Positions 56,133 through 58,517 of a stretch of 58,517 nucleotides of DNA are shown here, in pieces (within the stretch, counting starts at the first letter, position 1; every line of letters begins with the position of its first letter). The stretch covers positions 1 through 58,517 of the forward strand of contig JAZGDE010000048.1 of assembly GCA_036477295.1 (NCBI GenBank), in the 5' to 3' direction. Below the pieces are notes generated by a model. The model was not told where the DNA came from, did no database searches, and saw only the letters and a program-made list of their open reading frames with translations. This DNA is from Bacteroidota bacterium. GTDB lineage: Bacteria; Bacteroidota; Ignavibacteria; UBA10030; JAZGDE01. A program made the translations under genes and the position numbers.

Positions 56133-57350
56133 ATGACAGACCCAAGTGCTGACCACGCGGGACGAGTTCGTGCTATTCAGGCAGCAATTCGAGCGCAACG
56201 GCTGGACGGCTGGTTGTTCTATGACTTCTGGAAACAGAACATTTTTGCGCAGCGAATTTTGAGGATTCCTGAACACTTGATCCAATCGCGGCGATTTTTT
56301 TACTTCATTCCAGCAGAAGGTGAACCGAGAAAGCTTGTTCATAGCATCGAGCGCTGGAATCTGGACCACCTCCCCGGAGAACCGCTGGTGTACCTGAGTT
56401 GGCAATCGCTCCAGCAAGGCTTGAACACTCTGTTGGACGGTGCAAAGACGGTCGCGATGGAGTACTCACCGAAGAACGCCATTCCGTATGTTTCCAAAGT
56501 GGACGGGGGAACGGTTGAGCTTGTGCGGTCCTGCGGGGTCCAGGTGGTTTCCTCTGCCGACCTTGTTCAGTATTTCGAGGCACGATGGACCGAAGAACAA
56601 TATCGGCAAAACCTGAAGACTGCCTCGATTTTGCGATCGATTGTCGATAGGGTATTTGCATTCATCCGGAAGAAGGTAGAGACAGGCTCTCGCGTGACGG
56701 AGTATGACGTCCAGCAATTCATGCTGGCCAAGTTCAGGGAGAACGGCCTGACGACGGAGATGGCGCCGAATTGTTCGGTGAACGCGAACAGCAGCAACCC
56801 ACATTATGAACCCACGGAGGAAATTCACGCAGAGATTCGTGCGGGTGATTTCGTTCTCATCGACCTCTGGGCAAAGAGCAAGAAAGGGGGGTCGACTTAT
56901 GCGGACATCACGTGGACGGCGTTCGTCGGCACGGAGGTGCCTGAGGAGTACACGAAGGTTTTTGATGTCGTCAAGGGTGCGCGGGACGCGGCTGTGGAAT
57001 TTATTCGAGAAGCATTTAGAAACGGCAGGCCGATTCGGGGCTGCGACGTCGACGACGTCGCCCGTGGTTTCATCCGGGAGCGGGGATATGAGCAATTCTT
57101 CCTGCACCGGACGGGACATTCGATTGGGGAGGATCTCCATGGCAATGGGGCTAATATCGATAATTTGGAGACACGCGACGAACGGTTGATCGTACCGGAA
57201 ACCTCCTTCTCCATCGAACCGGGGATTTATTTTTTCGACAAGTTCGGAGTTCGAAGCGAATTGGACGTGTTTGTCACTCGCGACGGCGATGTCGTAGTGA
57301 CTGGTCTACCAGTTCAGGAAGAGGTCATTCCGATTCTCCGATGGGGCTGA
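56133..57350 (+). CDS. M24-family metallopeptidase (Xaa-Pro dipeptidase-like)
   Basis: Metal-ligand pattern DLW...YADITW, HRTGHSIGEDLHG, SIEPG and ELDV. Start set at the internal Met after the terminator. The ORF extends to 56058. Confidence 0.8.
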   Translation: MTDPSADHAGRVRAIQAAIRAQRLDGWLFYDFWKQNIFAQRILRIPEHLIQSRRFFYFIPAEGEPRKLVHSIERWNLDHLPGEPLVYLSWQSLQQGLNTLLDGAKTVAMEYSPKNAIPYVSKVDGGTVELVRSCGVQVVSSADLVQYFEARWTEEQYRQNLKTASILRSIVDRVFAFIRKKVETGSRVTEYDVQQFMLAKFRENGLTTEMAPNCSVNANSSNPHYEPTEEIHAEIRAGDFVLIDLWAKSKKGGSTYADITWTAFVGTEVPEEYTKVFDVVKGARDAAVEFIREAFRNGRPIRGCDVDDVARGFIRERGYEQFFLHRTGHSIGEDLHGNGANIDNLETRDERLIVPETSFSIEPGIYFFDKFGVRSELDVFVTRDGDVVVTGLPVQEEVIPILRWG

Positions 57351-57949
57351 GTCCAGGGAAAATCTACCCTCTTGACGCGTTTTTGATGAATTTATAAAAT
57401 GTTTCAGGTCGTAAATAAAATGCTTGATAAATGCACGTTGGTATGGTATCCTTGGGAACCAAGGATACTAAAATAGTTTCCATTGTGTCGATAATCTTCG
57501 ATTACACTCGCCTGGTGCGATTTTATTTTACCTCTGGGGAAACTCTGGTTACGATATGAGTTTCTCAAGTAACGGAGGAAGCATGAACGAAGATAGCCTG
57601 AAAGAGAGAATCTTGGGTAGCGGGTCATTTTAAGAAGTAGGGTGGCATGGTTCTTGGGGTCACGTTTCATCCAACTGGTGGCTAGGTCTCAAACGTCGAG
57701 GCCCCCCCTAGCCGACCCCTTACCCACGCCACATGTTTGTCTGAGTTGAATCGGTGGCCGATGCTGGCCCCGCCGCCGTACTGACGCCCCTTGTAGGACG
57801 CCCGCCCGACGACGAGACCGCTGAGGCCATCGACAGGGAACTGACACATCTCGTCACAAGGAGGCAGTCATTGGTCGGGCCTGGCCTGGAGCCTTGAGTT
57901 GCGCCAGTTGATCGCCCCTCTCGGAAACGGTAGCCAAGGGAAGGCACTG

Positions 57950-58517
57950 ATGAACAATCAAGTAAGGCATCTCGCATTGCTCTGGTGTTGCGCATTACCC
58001 CTCGTGGCCGCCGGATGCGGGGGTGAATCGCCGACCGGAGGAACGGTAGTCGAGGTAGCTGAGCGGAGGCTCCTGAGCGTCGCTGGGGACGGACAGGTGG
58101 GAAGCCTCGGCCGTCCTCTCTCGGACTCTGTCATCGTTAAAGTGGTCGATCCGTCCGGCGACGGGTTGCGGGGAGTGGCGGTCGGGTGGTCGGTCGTCAC
58201 TGGTGACGTGAGCCCGAAGGGCGTCTTGACGGATTCAGCGGGTCTGGCGAAGGCGCTATGGACGCTGGGGCGGAGGACAGGCGCGCAGACGGCGACCGAG
58301 CAGAGGGCAACGGCGTTCTTGGGTGGCGTAGGCGGCTCGCTAATTTTCACGGCCACCACTCCGTCGCTGGTGCCCCTTACAGACATGGGTGCCTCCACCT
58401 ACTTCGGCTTCCCAGGCGGTCTTTACCCCGGCGGCAACATCATGCCGCAAGCGCACGCCGACGCCGGCCGGGCGTTTGCGGCTGCCATTGAGCCGCTCGA
58501 CGTAAACGGCAATCCTA
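57950..58517 (+). CDS. partial lipoprotein with bacterial Ig-like (Big-type) domain; 3' end outside window
   Basis: My own translation, since this ORF is not in the track: [28 protein letters not shown]..., with the lipobox [47 protein letters not shown]...[14 protein letters not shown] follows. The frame is open to the window end and is much more GC-rich than the rest. Confidence 0.6.
   Translation, partial: MNNQVRHLALLWCCALPLVAAGCGGESPTGGTVVEVAERRLLSVAGDGQVGSLGRPLSDSVIVKVVDPSGDGLRGVAVGWSVVTGDVSPKGVLTDSAGLAKALWTLGRRTGAQTATEQRATAFLGGVGGSLIFTATTPSLVPLTDMGASTYFGFPGGLYPGGNIMPQAHADAGRAFAAAIEPLDVNGNP

Noticed and set aside
57404-57670. 88-aa minus-strand ORF in the AT-rich spacer
   Set aside because: It has an odd Arg/Ser/Tyr-rich composition and contains the perfect hairpin. 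There are no motifs and no plausible start context.
57720-58398. 91-aa and 146-aa minus-strand ORFs in the GC-rich end
   Set aside because: They are antisense to the better-supported plus-strand lipoprotein ORF (lipobox plus Ig-like domain). Such frames are typical in GC-rich DNA.

Overview
This is a 58.5-kb, gene-dense bacterial chromosomal window, roughly half G+C by eye. I count about 55 protein genes and one RNase P RNA. I saw no rRNA, tRNA, CRISPR array, transposase or integrase. GroEL, RuvB, the sigma54 activators and lysine 6-transaminase give an FCB-group / Ignavibacteria-like impression, but that is an impression only, since no search was possible.

Layout:
- 39-10376 is one co-directional minus-strand array: acetylating ALDH, PPC protein, ruvB, ruvA, ruvC, yebC-family, recJ, rnpB, RNase HI-like, Zn-ribbon DUF164 and Nif3.
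- 10.4-11.7 kb is a 1.28-kb gap with no convincing ORF.
- 11.7-14.4 kb holds a two-component/sigma54 cluster.
- 14.7-28 kb is mostly acyl-CoA metabolism plus a second sigma54 activator.
- 28-44.5 kb is minus-strand housekeeping: rlmB, lgt, hisS, ptsN, an NDP-sugar enzyme, and a transsulfuration/methionine operon with a two-gene MetE.
- 44.7-57.4 kb runs plsY, htrA, a lysine-catabolism pair, nadE, rsmI, CIRCE-groES-groEL and an M24 peptidase.
- The last ~0.8 kb is much more GC-rich and carries a partial lipoprotein gene.

I found no recognisable mobile, defence or toxin system. The points most worth a second look:
1. The 1.28-kb hairpin-rich gap contains a sigma54-type -24/-12 motif. It ends at a strong terminator only ~20 nt before the nif3 start codon.
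2. All three purine-biosynthesis genes in the window (guaB, purD, purB) are disrupted while their neighbours are intact. A fourth gene, spermidine-synthase-like/TPR, is also a deletion remnant.
3. A REC-HisKA protein without an ATPase domain sits divergently from a CheY-like gene and an NtrC-like gene.
4. The acetylating aldehyde dehydrogenase carries a C-terminal tail resembling a microcompartment encapsulation peptide.

All calls are by-eye motif recognition on the supplied ORF track and sequence. No database search or folding program was run.
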